A DNA stretch of 60,493 nucleotides, counting the filler, from Callorhinchus milii (lineage: Eukaryota), in assembly GCF_018977255.1 (NCBI RefSeq). It is 4 parts of 4 records of this genome, joined end to end, with 100 filler letters (N's around TTAATTAATTAA, not from the genome) between each part and the next. Parts side by side here need not be neighbours in the genome. Positions count along the whole stretch, not along the records: positions 1 to 24,697 come from NW_024704801.1; 3 more parts are not named here. One strand, 5' to 3'. A program made the translations under genes and the position numbers. The notes beneath the pieces were generated by a model, which was not told the origin of the DNA, ran no database searches, and worked only from the letters and a program-made list of their open reading frames with translations. Below, in pieces: positions 1-11,576 of this stretch (position 1 is its first letter; the number at the start of each line of letters is the position of its first letter).

Positions 1-505
1 GTGCTGAACAGGCAGGTGTCGGGGCCCGAGCATGGGGGAGGGGTGGTGTAGGGGTGAGGGGTGGTGTAGGGGTGAGGGAAGGCAGATAGGTGGGAGGGAG
101 ATCAAAGGCACGGTCGAAGAGGAGGGTCTTGAGACCGGCCTTGAAGGAGGCAAGGGAGGAAGCGAGGCGAAGGGACCGTGGGATGGAGTTCCAGAGTGTG
201 GGGGTGGAGAGGCTGAAAGCCTGGCCACCAATGGTAGGGCGGGTCGGACGGGAGACATGGAGCAGGCCGGAGCCCGCTGAACGGAGGGAGCGGGCAGGTT
301 GGTAGGGAGTCAGCAGGTCAGAGAGGTAGGAGGGGACAAGGCCATGGATGGCCTTAAAGGTGAGGACGAGGATCTTGAACTCAGTCCTCTAGGGGATGGG
401 GAGCCAGTGGAGTCGGGCGAGGGTGGGGGTGATGGGGTCACGGAGCCTGGTGCATGAGAGTACACGAGCTGCAGAGTTTTGGATGATCTGCAGCTTGTGA
501 AGGGA
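1..505 (-). mobile_element. L2-clade LINE 3' fragment (ORF2 C-terminus and 3'UTR), duplicate of 2521-3025
   Basis: Reverse strand reads LHWLPIP*RTEFKILVLTFKAIHGLVPSYLSDLLTPYQPARSLRSAGSGLL, typical of the L2 ORF2 C-terminus; near-identical to the sequence 2520 bp downstream. Confidence 0.85.
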
Positions 506-713
506 AGAGTTACATTTATATAGCGCCTTTCAGGTATGGAGAACATCTCAGAACAGTTGGATTATTGGGGTATATTGCACATATACAGATTTGGATCTGT
601 TCCACATTTATACACATGCCATTGCTGACTGTGATAAGTAACCCCTCATGTGGGGTAAAATGTACTTCTACCATTTGTATTCATGGAGATAATGATTGTC
701 ATTTAATTTACAG

Positions 714-1009
714 AAAAAGGAAGAAATCTCCAAGAAATGCTTCAGAACCTGGGTCTCCAGGACTTGTACACGCGTAAGCTATCCCTGAGTGAGGTTCTGG
801 AGATTGGGCCCCAAACACTGGTCTGCACAAAGCCTCAATCCTTGCTCTGTGTTGCTGAGTACTTTCTAAAAAAGCTGATGATTCTCAGTTTGACAGCCAG
901 AAATGTTAAGTGTACGGGAAGGGTTGGGAGAGGGGTAGGAAATGCTGAACAAACCGACTTTTCTGACATCTTTGACCTGCAGGAGCAGGCGGATGGTACT
1001 TGGTGCAAT
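714..1009 (+). pseudogene. URGCP/GVIN1-like very large GTPase exon fragment, copy 1, truncated by an L2 fragment
   Basis: Acceptor tttacag at 707-713; translation MLQNLGLQDLYTRKLSLSEVLEIG...YFLKKLMILSLTARNVKC...DTWCN-like resembles the URGCP/GVIN N-terminal region; homology to copy 2 stops at TWCN. Confidence 0.7.
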
Positions 1010-2189
1010 TCTTGGTACTTGGTGCAATGGAATGGAGGGCACGAGGGACTCGCAGAAGGTCAGAGTCAGTTAAACAGAGGCAAGAGGCTGTGGGGTCAGC
1101 AGGTCGGAGAGGTAGAGATGGTGCCAGGGCACGAAGGGGTTTGAAGATGAGCGTGAGGATCTTGAAATTGAAATACCTCACAGAATATATTGTAGAGTGA
1201 CTGTGTATTTTGTGGGCAAAACGAAGCAGCCAATATTAAATGCAAGTTGTTGAATTAATTTAACTCATAAAACACAGTATTAGCCGTGGCGGTTAAATGC
1301 TCAAACTTTTCAAGTGAGATCGCAATGTGTTTTGTAACACCAGTAGCCACGGAACGATGCCACAGTGTGTAACAAGCCTGCGTGATGTTTGCTCTGTAGA
1401 TGATTCTTCTTCCGAACACCCAGAAGGGAAACGGGGACTTGAGGAGTTCAGCCAGAACCAGGAACAGGAGCAGCAGCAGGTCCTGAACATAACCCCCTCT
1501 AGTCCTCTCGCCGTAGAAGGTGAGTCATTGTCAGCAAGTGGCTATGGGGGGTTGGGGGCTACTGAATGCAAATTGGCCGCACATTTGCTTACAAAATACA
1601 ATCGTTTTAAAGTAGTGTAAATTTTGTGAAATCTTGTCTTTTTTTATTGCTGGGGTCAGGAAATCCTCCCACTCAGCTCCGACAGGCCAAAGCCCCAACT
1701 AACGGGTAGGGTGGTCCTAGCCAACACGTAGGGATAGCTCTCCAGGTAGTGCTCTTAACGGTAAACCATATTAACTGGTTAAACACCCAGCAGTTTGTGG
1801 TATTTTCTCCAAAGCCGACTCTTCCTACAAAGAAACAGAAGCGGAAACTGGCACTGAAGAGTTCAGCCCCAACCAAGGACCGGAGCTGCCGAAGGAAGAG
1901 TGCCTTGAGCCTGAACTGCCCGCCCTACTCAGCAAAGAAGGTGAGTGATTGGTTGCTGCTTTTCCGGGGGTAATAACCCCTTCACAAAATGAATTAAATA
2001 ATGTAATAATTTGGTCACTCAATCCACGGCTGTTTGTGGGGACGCTGCTGGGCGCAATTGGCTGCTGCGTTTAACCCACAAAATATACAGTCACTACACT
2101 TTGTAGTCTATTCTGTGAAGAGCTTTGAGACGAGTTGAAGATGTGATAAGGTGCAGGAAACAAATGCAAGGATTATTATTGTTATTATG

Positions 2190-3025
2190 AACCAGAACCT
2201 GGCAGTGAGAGAGATAGGACAGAGGAGACCATTACACAGCCATTTGATACGCTGTATGGGAAACTTTCGAGTGAGGTGCCAGCAGAGCAGGAGCACAGCA
2301 CTCATCATTTGGGACTCAACCTCAGCATCTGGTGGCACTGGGTGTGCTGGGAGTCGAGGTGGAATGGGGCTGGCAAAGGCCTACCATAGCTTGAATAAGG
2401 GAGAGCTGGCAAGGGACATGTCAAGTGAGAACTGGAGTGGTATAATCGTGGATATGGTAGTTACAACAACAACAACATTACATTTATAGAGCACCTTTCA
2501 CGTCGGGAGAATGTCCCAAAGTGCTGAACAGGCAGGTGTCGGGGCCCGAGCATGGGGGAGGGGTGGTGTAGGGGTGAGGGGTGGTGTAGGGGTGAGGGAA
2601 GGCAGATAGGTGGGAGGGAGATCAAAGGCACGGTCGAAGAGGAGGGTCTTGAGACCGGCCTTGAAGGAGGCAAGGGAGGAAGCGAGACGAACGGACTGTG
2701 GGATGGAGTTCCAGAGTGTGGGGGTGGAGAGGCTGAAAGCCTGGCCACCAATGGTAGGGCGGGTCGGACGGGAGACATGGAGCAGGCCGGAGCCCGCTGA
2801 ACGGAGGGAGCGGGCAGGTTGGTAGGGAGTCAGCAGGTCAGAGAGGTAGGAGGGGACAAGGCCATGGATGGCCTTAAAGGTGAGGACGAGGATCTTGAAC
2901 TCGGTCCTCTAGGGGATGGGGAGCCAGTGGAGTTGGGCGAGGGTGGGGGTGATGGGGTCACGGAGCCTGGTGCATGAGAGTACACGAGCTGCAGAGTTTT
3001 GGATGATCTGCAGCTTGTGAAGGGA
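2190..3025 (-). mobile_element. L2 LINE pieces: degenerate RT fragment (about 2190-2460) plus 3' end with tail (2461-3025)
   Basis: 3' end reads cagcactttgggacattctcccgacgtgaaaggtgctctataaatgtaatg(ttg)n on the minus strand; L2 ORF2 C-terminal peptide upstream of it. Confidence 0.8.
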
Positions 3026-3240
3026 AGAGTTACATTTATATAGCGCCTTTCAGGTATGGAGAACATCTCAGAACAGTTGGATTATTGGGGTATATTGCAC
3101 ATATACAGATTTGGATCACACAACTGTTCCACATTTATACACATGCCATTGCTGACTGTGATAAGTAACCCCTCATGTGGGGTAAAATGTACTTCTACCA
3201 TTTGTATTCATGGAGATAATGATTGTCATTTAATTTACAG

Positions 3241-4189
3241 AAAAAGGAAGAAATCTCCAAGAAATGCTTCAGAACCTTGGTCTCCAGGACTTGTACACGC
3301 GTAAGCTATCCCTGAGTGAGGTTCTGGAGATTGGGCCCCAAACACTGGTCTGCACAAAGCCTCAATCCTTGCTCTGTGTTGCTGAGTACTTTCTAAAAAA
3401 GCTGATGATTCTCAGTTTGACAGCCAGAAATGTTAAGTGTACGGGAAGGGTTGGGAGAGGGGTAGGAACAAAAGGCTTCGAGGGATCATTATCCTCAGAA
3501 AGGCGCTCCGCCAATCGACTAACAACCGGGTTTCCGACTTACTGCTGGTAAACGGAGGCGGCTGTGTGCGGAGTGAGGAGAATTGCCCAACATTTCGCCC
3601 CGTCCGGGAAGAGAACCCGGGTCCTCTCGCTTGCGAGGCGAGTGCTCCAACCACTCAGCTCCAGGACTCCACATCGGGATCCACGACCACATTAATCAGC
3701 ATTCACAGTTCTTTATTAACTGGTCACAAGGTTCCCCGATGTCGGAGGTGCTTTACAAACGTCATTTGTTGTTGCTTTNNNNNNNNNNNNNNNNNNNNNN
3801 NNNATGCTGAACAAACCGACTTTTCTGACATCTTTGACCTGCAGGAGCAGGCGGATGATACTTGGTGCAATCCGTTAGATGTCATCACTGCTGTTTTTCT
3901 CTGTGCCGATAGCTTCCTGCAGCAGGAGATGATGTTTAAGATGTCCATGTGCCAGTTTGCTTTGCCCCTTTTGCTCCCAGACTGCAGCAGGGAAGGCTCC
4001 ACACTGCTTCTGTGGGCCATGCGATCCATCGTTAAGAAGTGGAGACCTCAATCACTGGAAGCCAGCAAAGGCTTCAAAGAGGAAACCATGGCAACCATGA
4101 ACTTGCCCGTGATTTCGTTCATTCGCCTGGGCAATAATTCCACATCAAAGTCAAAGGTTTTAAACGAGGTGCTGAGCAACCCGCATCAA
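3241..4189 (+). pseudogene. URGCP/GVIN1-like very large GTPase exon fragment, copy 2, interrupted at 3468-3803 and truncated after NPHQ
   Basis: NPLDVITAVFLCADSFLQQEMMFKMSMCQFALPLLLP...LLWAMRSIVKKWRPQSL...GFKEE...PVISFIRLG...SKSKVLNEVLS matches the URGCP/GVIN family pattern; a SINE and a gap split the exon. Confidence 0.8.
3470..3672 (-). mobile_element. tRNA-derived SINE 5' part inserted in URGCP-like copy 2
   Basis: Reverse complement starts ggagtcctggagctgagtggttggagcactcgcctcgcaagcgagaggacccgggttc, the same head as the SINE at 35084. Confidence 0.8.
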
Positions 4190-4600
4190 AACTTATTGAT
4201 CCCATTAAATAAATAACCGCCGGCTCAGGCTTTGCATTATTTCCTGACCATTTCTTAATCGAGAGAGAAATCTGTGAAGAAATACAGCAAATTAACCCCA
4301 ACTGCGCATTCCCATTGTCAACTTTTTTGGTTTCTTAAAAACACATGCGTTTGGAGAGAGAGGGGAGAGACGGGGGAGAGGGGGGGAGGGGAGAGGGGGG
4401 AGAGAGGGGTGGAGTAGGGGGGAAGGGGGGAGAGGGTCAGGGGAGGGTTGGGGAAGGAAAAGTTTGGATACGGGACAGAATAAGTTCCTGGTGCTGGGTG
4501 GAGAAATACTTTTGCGGGTTTGGGCTGTTGGGGGTCAGTGTCCGGGAACCACAGATAATGTTCTCTCAGTCTCTCTGTCACTGACACCACGATGCCCATC

Positions 4601-5422
4601 TCACGGCTGCTGCTGTCTCCTTCGTGCCAGGTTGTTTACCATGGTCGACGGAAACAGTTTCGAGTCCAACAAGTCCTTGTACTGTAGCTCTGGCATCACC
4701 ATCCTCACACACCTCTCCCTCGTGTGGTTGTTGAGCGATGGCTTGAGGTTGTAGCCCATGATTTTGGCACGACCGTATTGGAAGGGTTTGATGTTCTTGT
4801 CCTGGATCTGAGCGGCCTCCACAGGCTGGCCACCCTGCAGACACAGATCCATCATCTCCTGCCGTTTCTCCCGTAGGATCTGGACATCGCGCCTCATCCT
4901 CTCCCGCCCGTACCTGTCCACCCGCTGCCAGAATGTCCGGTTGAAGTGCAGATACAAGCTCCAGTCCAGGGCGTTCCAAGCCCTGATCTGCCCCATGGTC
5001 TCGGTGGACAATCTGCTCACCGTCTTGTTGCTCCTGAGGTTCAGCTTGAAGGTCACCAGGTCGTCCAGGTCCCAACACAGAGCCTGCCTCAGCAACACCA
5101 TGGACTGGTCAAAGTACTCGGCCAACAGGACCAGGTGGAAGGTCTCCTCGATCTCCTTCAGCACCGCGGCCACATAGTGCTCTGTCACGTTGGCGTTGTG
5201 GTCGTGGCCAAAGTCAAACCACATCAGGTTCCTGGCGTAATGGCTGCCGGTCTCTGAGACGCTGTAGTATCTCCAGGGATCTCTGTAAAACTGCTCCAGT
5301 CTCTGGACTTTGCTGAAGGCTGTGCTCGAGCCCTTGTAATAGGTGAAAGCCGACTCCGCTAATGTGACCGGGTTACGGAGGATGGAGAAGTAGAAAGTTC
5401 CTCTGGGCATCACCTTCTCAAC
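4601..5422 (-). CDS. GAL3ST2: GAL3ST2-like sulfotransferase A, last exon
   Basis: Acceptor tttccag, phase 0; VEKVMPRGTFYFSILRNP...WFDFG...LVLLAEYFDQSMVLLR...WDLDDLVTFKLN...ILGYNL-like...MPELQY; TGA at 4601-4603. Full model join(11557-11576,8771-8881,6844-7147,4601-5422) is 1257 nt, 418 aa, with consistent phases. Confidence 0.92.
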   Translation of the reverse strand, partial: VEKVMPRGTFYFSILRNPVTLAESAFTYYKGSSTAFSKVQRLEQFYRDPWRYYSVSETGSHYARNLMWFDFGHDHNANVTEHYVAAVLKEIEETFHLVLLAEYFDQSMVLLRQALCWDLDDLVTFKLNLRSNKTVSRLSTETMGQIRAWNALDWSLYLHFNRTFWQRVDRYGRERMRRDVQILREKRQEMMDLCLQGGQPVEAAQIQDKNIKPFQYGRAKIMGYNLKPSLNNHTRERCVRMVMPELQYKDLLDSKLFPSTMVNNLARRRQQQP

Positions 5423-6353
5423 CTGGAAACAGACAGACAGACAGACACCGGCCCAGCCGGCCGGTCACTAATCCTCTCCAGCCAAAGCCATCGTGACCCC
5501 AGGCCTCAAACAGCAGCAAGAAATGACCGCCCGGGAACAGGGGCTGAGACAGTGCAATGTTCTCAAAGTGGGGGGAGAGATACTGAGGAACTGAGGGAAT
5601 TGATTGAGGTGGAAAAGGGAGATGGACAGAGACTTGGGAAGTAAAGAGGTTCACTCACACACAGACACACACTCACACACATTCATACACACTCACACAC
5701 ACACAGACACACATTCACAGACACACACTCACAGACACACACTCACNNNNNNNNNNNNNNNNNNNNNNNNNNNNNNNNNNNNNNNNNNNNNNNNNNNNNN
5801 NNNNNNNNNNNNNNNNNNNNNNNNNNNNNNNNNNNNNNNNNNNNNNNNNNNNNNNNNNNNNNNNNNNNNNNNNNNNNNNNNNNNNNNNNNAGACACATAC
5901 ACAAACTCACACACATTCATACACACTCACACACAGACACACACTCACACACAGACACACACTCACCCACAGGCATTCACACTCACTCACATTCACTGCC
6001 TCCATTCCTCCCCACAGTTGATTTCAGTACACGGTTTGACCCGCAGCCTCTGTACACTAATTATTAGTAATGATTAATATTATTATTCACTGACTCAGAG
6101 TGAAAATGCCACGTGTGATATAAACAACTCCTGAAACTAATATCCATAAATATATCAAGCGCAGTGTACTTTGTGCTGCGGGTGACCAAAAAGGCACTAT
6201 ATATCCAGATAACACAATCTTTCACTGGATAAATAGCTGAATTGCTGGGAAGGATTCCCAACTCTGGGCCGCGATTGTGTAATCGCTTTCTCTCTACTAA
6301 ATACAGCGGCTCAAAGCAAACATATCATTGGACCTTTAGACAGAATTAGAACA

Positions 6354-6384
<31 letters not shown>

Positions 6385-6843
6385 GAAAGATGGAGACCGA
6401 GAGAGAGACAGAGAGACAGAGAGAGGAACAGACAGAGAGATAGAGGTAGATAGAGAGAGAGATTGAGGGCCAGGTCTGGGCTGGTTGCCCTCGTGCTGAT
6501 TGTCGGAGCCTATTATAATAACAATACTAATAAACCTTGCATTTGATAAAACGCCCACAAATATACAGTCAATGCGCTTTAACGTGTAGCGTGTGAAGCG
6601 CTTCGAGACGTGATAAGGCCCTGAATCAAATGCGAGGATTATTATTAATTATTATTGGCGATTATTATTAGTTATTAGTATTAACTATTTGCCATTATTA
6701 TTAATATTTGCAATTATTATTAACTATTTGTAATTGTTATTGATTATTTGCAATAATTATTAATGATCAATTGTTGTTAAGTGTTCTTATGAGCTATTAT
6801 GGATTATTATGATGATGAATACGCCGCAGAGCGCCGGGATTAC

Positions 6844-7147
6844 CTGAGGACGGTAAAAGCGCATGTGATTGCACATGATGTGATAAACCTGGTGCCTGAA
6901 CGAGTTGTAGAGCTTAATTCTGCGAGAGTTGAAGGGCATGGGGTAGCCAAACTGGTAGCCTCTGGGCAGAGCCACGCTCAGGTTCCTGGCCTCCCCGAAG
7001 CGATACAGCAGGTTCAGGACGGTGCTGCTCGCCGTCTTGTGGGTCTTCAGGAACATGACGTGGGTCTTGGGGGCGCACGGCTGACTGGCTGCCCCTCTCT
7101 GCTCCCCCGCGAACCCCTCAGCTCCTGGCAGCCGCGCAGAGGGAATC
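6844..7147 (-). CDS. GAL3ST2: GAL3ST2-like A exon 3 (stem and 5'-PSB PAPS-binding motif)
   Basis: [30 protein letters not shown]...[13 protein letters not shown] then gtaatc donor; the intron at PQ|V matches the GAL3ST2 structure; phase 2 acceptor gaag. Confidence 0.9.
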
Positions 7148-7169
7148 CTTCAGGGGCAGAGGGAGAGAG

Positions 7170-7206
<37 letters not shown>

Positions 7207-8770
7207 AAAAGGGGAGAGAGATTAATGTTCGTCTCGGGCATCGATCAGCCTGGAGCAGCCGGTAACGCTTTTGTCTCCGAGTCAGGAGGCTGTGGGTGCA
7301 AACTCGGAGACGCCGTCCTAAACCTCACTCACTCCCCCCGTGTGAGTTTCTCCCCCCCCACCCCACCCCAGCCTCCCTCTCTCCCCTCCCCCACCCCCGG
7401 CGTCCCGGCTGACAATCCCCCGGATAAAACCGCTGGCTCGCTTGACGGCACGTATCGCACAGTCACTACACTACGCCAGCTGGAAGTTGTGCCTGTGTTG
7501 CGTGTCTCTGGGCTGTAAGGTCGGCGACGGAGTCTGTAGCCGGGGTGGGTGGGGGGGGGGGGGGGCGGGGTGGCTTGTCGTGCGCCTGGAGCCCAACCAT
7601 ACTCGGCTTTAATCCCAGTTAATCTCCTGACGGGATGTCACAGCTGTCTGTAACCTCAGAGCTTTACTGAACACTCATAAAACGCTGATAAACGACGCAG
7701 CAGAGACACAGCCCTGGTGACAAGTACATGATCTCACCCACAACTGCGGCTTAAGCCATAAATACTTTAGCAACGTCTCGGAACAAGATTCCCCCCCCCC
7801 CCCCCCCCGAGCTGGGGTGGGGTGGGGGTGGGGGAGAGAGAGGAGGTCATCGGAGGTACGGTCGAAGAGGAAGGTCTTCAGGTGCGATCCGAAGACGGAT
7901 AAAGAGTGGTGGGAGTGGGTGAGGCGGAGGGATAGAGGGAGAGAGATCCAGAGTTTCGGGGCTTGGTGGCTAAAAGATGGCGCTCACTCCCCCTCACACT
8001 GGAGCTCTCTAACCCCATCCCCTTCTCTCTCTCTCTCTCTCTCTCCCTTCGCTCCTCCTCTCTCCTCCAATGGACAGGAAGTGGAATTATGACCCGATGA
8101 CCTGACTGTTGGCCATTTTTATCAGTGAGAGTAACGGTGGACTATCTTTGGGATGAAAAATCTGAAAAAAAACAATAAAATAAAAATACAAACGGCGCTC
8201 GAGAGCCTTTAACAAACGCCGGTCTTTGTGCCATTCATCTGAAAGGGACGAAAACCGTGTAACTAAAATCTTATTTAAATGGAGACGGCACTGATTAACC
8301 TGTGATCGATTCCCACCGGGGATTGAGTCTCACAGATAATAATTATGTCATAATAATAATCCTTGCACTTGACCCAAGCACCTCGACATGTCCACGGGAC
8401 CCCTCAAAGGTGCTTCACGGGATTCGCTGCAAAGTGTAGTGACTGTGTGTGACCCGGCGGCCCATTTGCGCCCCAGCGACGTCCCTGTAAACAGGCGTGA
8501 AGCGAGCGAGCGAGTTTATCGGGGGGATTGTCGATCAGGACACCCGGGGGTGGGGGGGGGAGAGGGAGGGAGAGAGAGAGAAAGAGACACATGGGGAGAG
8601 AGGTTTAGTGTCTCGGTTGAGGTGGGGCGGCCGTCTTTGATGCTGGCGCTCTACCTGTTTGGTGGGGGGGGGGGGGGGGGGAGGGTCAGGGCGGCCATCT
8701 TCGGTGCTGGCGCGGATGGATAGTTCACCTGCCCTAAAGGGGAAACCATCAGTGAGTGAGAGAAACAAAC

Positions 8771-8881
8771 CGTTTGGTGACTGCGATGCCCAAGGTCTGG
8801 ATCGCCAACGCCAACGCCATAAGGAGCACGATTCCCATCCACACCGCTTGCAGCGTGCAGAACCTCAGCAAGAAGGGCTTC
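8771..8881 (-). CDS. GAL3ST2: GAL3ST2-like A exon 2 (type II transmembrane anchor)
   Basis: tttacag|G AAG...KPFLLRFCTLQAVWMGIVLLMALALAIQTLGIAVTK CG|gtttgt; phases 2/2 fit both neighbouring exons. Confidence 0.82.
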
Positions 8882-10848
8882 CTGTAAACACAGCGCAAAC
8901 AACTGGTAAGGGACGAAAGGTGTCAGCCAGTGGCTCGGATGCTCACACCGGAACCCCCCCCCCACCCCCCACCCCACCGCCCGCCTCACCCCCAACACAC
9001 ACACACACGTCAGGGACTCGGAGCTCACAGTCTCACAGTTTAGTGGTCAGATTCCAGCAGTAACCCCCAACGCACACTCTGGGCTCCCCCAAAGCCTTGG
9101 CTCTCGTCAGCCAACCTGCGCCTAATGCTCTCCAGAATTAGGTAAGCAGGGGGCGTCCCTCCGGGGGAGGGGGGGGAGAGAGAGAGAGAGAGCATTGCAT
9201 TCCAACAATCTCTCTCTGGGGGTTTCCAGGTGTAGGTGGGAGGCCAGGAATTCTCAGTTGGGTTTGGAGACTCTTAAGCAGGTGATGGGTTTCCGCTCGT
9301 GTCAGGCGCCCGGCTGACCCCAAGCAAATCTCCCGGGGCGTTGTCAGGAAACGGGAAGGGAGTTTCTCTCTCTCTCTCTCTCTCTCCCCCCATCCCCCCC
9401 AGTGCTGTGCTGAAGTGTTAGCCTGAACTGTGAGCTCAAAGCCCCCAATGTGTGTGTGTGTGGGTGTGGGTTCTTGAACCTACAACCTCCTGACTCACAG
9501 TGGCCAGAGTTCGAGTGAGCGACAACTAAACTTAGAAGCAAATACGTAACGTGCAGCGAACCGGTAACCAGAGATTAGTTTTATTGACTATCAAAACAGA
9601 GTCAAACATTCCTTATTATCGTTATTGAAATTGAGCAAACAAACTATTTACAACGAGTAGGAATATTGCAATATCACACGGCACCAGTTTCCTTATCAGG
9701 TCTGTATCCGTTTGGAGAGAAGGAATGAGGTGTGTGTCAACCCGGCTCAGCATGTGGGAAAAGAGCGCTAAGTTTCTCTCTCTCTCTCCCTCCCTCTCTC
9801 TCTCTCTCCCTCTCCCTCTCTCTCAGCGTCCTGACCAACAATCCGCCAGATGAATAAAATTACTCGCTCTCCACGGCTGCCGCCTTTCGCCCACAAATTA
9901 TACGGTCAATTCACTTTGCAGTACGTTCTGCGAAGCGCTCTGAGACGTGATAAGGCGCTGTGTCAAACAAATGAAGGGATTAAAATGATCTAACCTCACC
10001 TTTCACCTGCCTTAATAATAATAATAATTATAATAATAATAATAATAATCCTTCGCATTTGCTACGGCGCCTGATCAGGTCTTCGAGACGCCTCAAAGCG
10101 CTTCACAGGATACACTGCAGAGTGAAACGACCGTATATTTCGCGGGCGAAAAGGCGGCAGCCGATCGCGCCCGGCGACGTCCCCGCAAATGTCACTCCCT
10201 CGCCGTCAGTCCTGCGCGATTGAGGAACGCAGGAGGTGACTGATGGCGGCGGCAGCAACTGGAGACAGACTCACAAAGCGGCTCGGGGAGCGACTTAAAA
10301 GACGGGACGCATTTGTTAAACTAAAGAGCAAATTTTTGGGGGGCAGTTATATACCTCTTCCGGTTATATTGTCAAAGACACCGTTTTTCTATGTATAAAA
10401 ACAATATGTCACAGAGGCTCTTTTTTACTCCAGTCGCCGCCGGAGGCTCAAACTATTGCCGTTCGATTGCGAATGAACCCGAAATTTGAGGAGCGTTTAG
10501 TGTTTGGATGATACAATCGAACGGAGAACCGAGAAAGGAGAGGATTTGGTCGGTGAGGCGGGAGGGGGTGGGGGGGGGGGGGGGGGGGGGGTGGTGGGGG
10601 GTAGAGACACGCGCACAGTCACTCCGCTTCCCAGGGTATCCTGCGAAGTGCTATGAGACGTCTCGATGACGTGATGAGGTGCCGGGTCAGATGCCGGGAT
10701 CATTATTATTATTATTATTCCCTCCGGCACCTGTCTCTATCCCCCTTCCTCCTGCCCTTTAACACATCCTCTCTCACACTCTTCCTCTCCCCCCCACACC
10801 CCCCCCATCTCTCTCTCTTAAATCCTCTCTCCTTCCCTCCATTGTCCC

Positions 10849-10849
<1 letters not shown>

Positions 10850-10879
<30 letters not shown>

Positions 10880-11470
10880 TTCCCCCCTCTCTGTTCAGCC
10901 CTCTCCCCTTCCCTTTTTACCCTCCCCCTCCCCACACCCCCATTAACCCCCTATTTCCCCCAAAACATGTCCATTTCACCCCTCCCTACATGTGTGAGTG
11001 TTTCAGGGGATGATACCCACAGAGAGAGAGAGAGATCTTGTGCTTTAAATCCTTCCCTCCTCCCTCTCTCTTCCTCCCCCCTTTCCCCCCTTCCCCCCTC
11101 TCTCTCCCTCCCTCCTCCCCCCCCTCTCTCTCCCTCCCTCCCCCCCCCCCTCTCTCCTCTCTCTCCCCCCCCCCTCTCCCTCCCTCCTTCCCCCCCTCCC
11201 CCTTCTCCCCTCTCTCCCTCCCCCCTTTCCCCCCTTCCCCCTCTCTCTCTCTCCCCCTCTCCCCTCTCTCTCTCCCCTCCCTCCTTCCCCCCCTCTCTCC
11301 CCCCCCCTCTCTCCTCCCTCCCCCCCTTCCCCCCCTCTCTCCCTCCCCCCTTTCCCCCCTTCTCCCTCTCTCTCCCTCCCCCCCTCTCCCTCCCTCCTCT
11401 CTCTCTCCCCCCCCTCTCTCTCTCTCTCTCTCTCTCCCCCCCCTCTCCCCCCCTCTCCCCCCACTCCCTC
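10850..11470. repeat. Polypyrimidine/polypurine low-complexity tract (CT-rich)
   Basis: About 600 bp almost exclusively C and T on the plus strand. Confidence 0.95.
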
Positions 11471-11556
11471 CAGAGCTTAACACATGTCGCAAACACACGC
11501 CAATCCCCGCGGTGCGCCCGCGGATGGGATGGATTGCGGGAATGTGGGGCACTCAC

Positions 11557-11576
11557 TTGCGGCGTTTGCGGCGCAT
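11557..11576 (-). CDS. GAL3ST2: GAL3ST2-like A probable first coding exon (MRRKRRK)
   Basis: gaagATGCGCCGCAAACGCCGCAA|gtgagt; strong donor, phase 2, basic cytosolic tail typical of Golgi type II enzymes. Confidence 0.65.
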
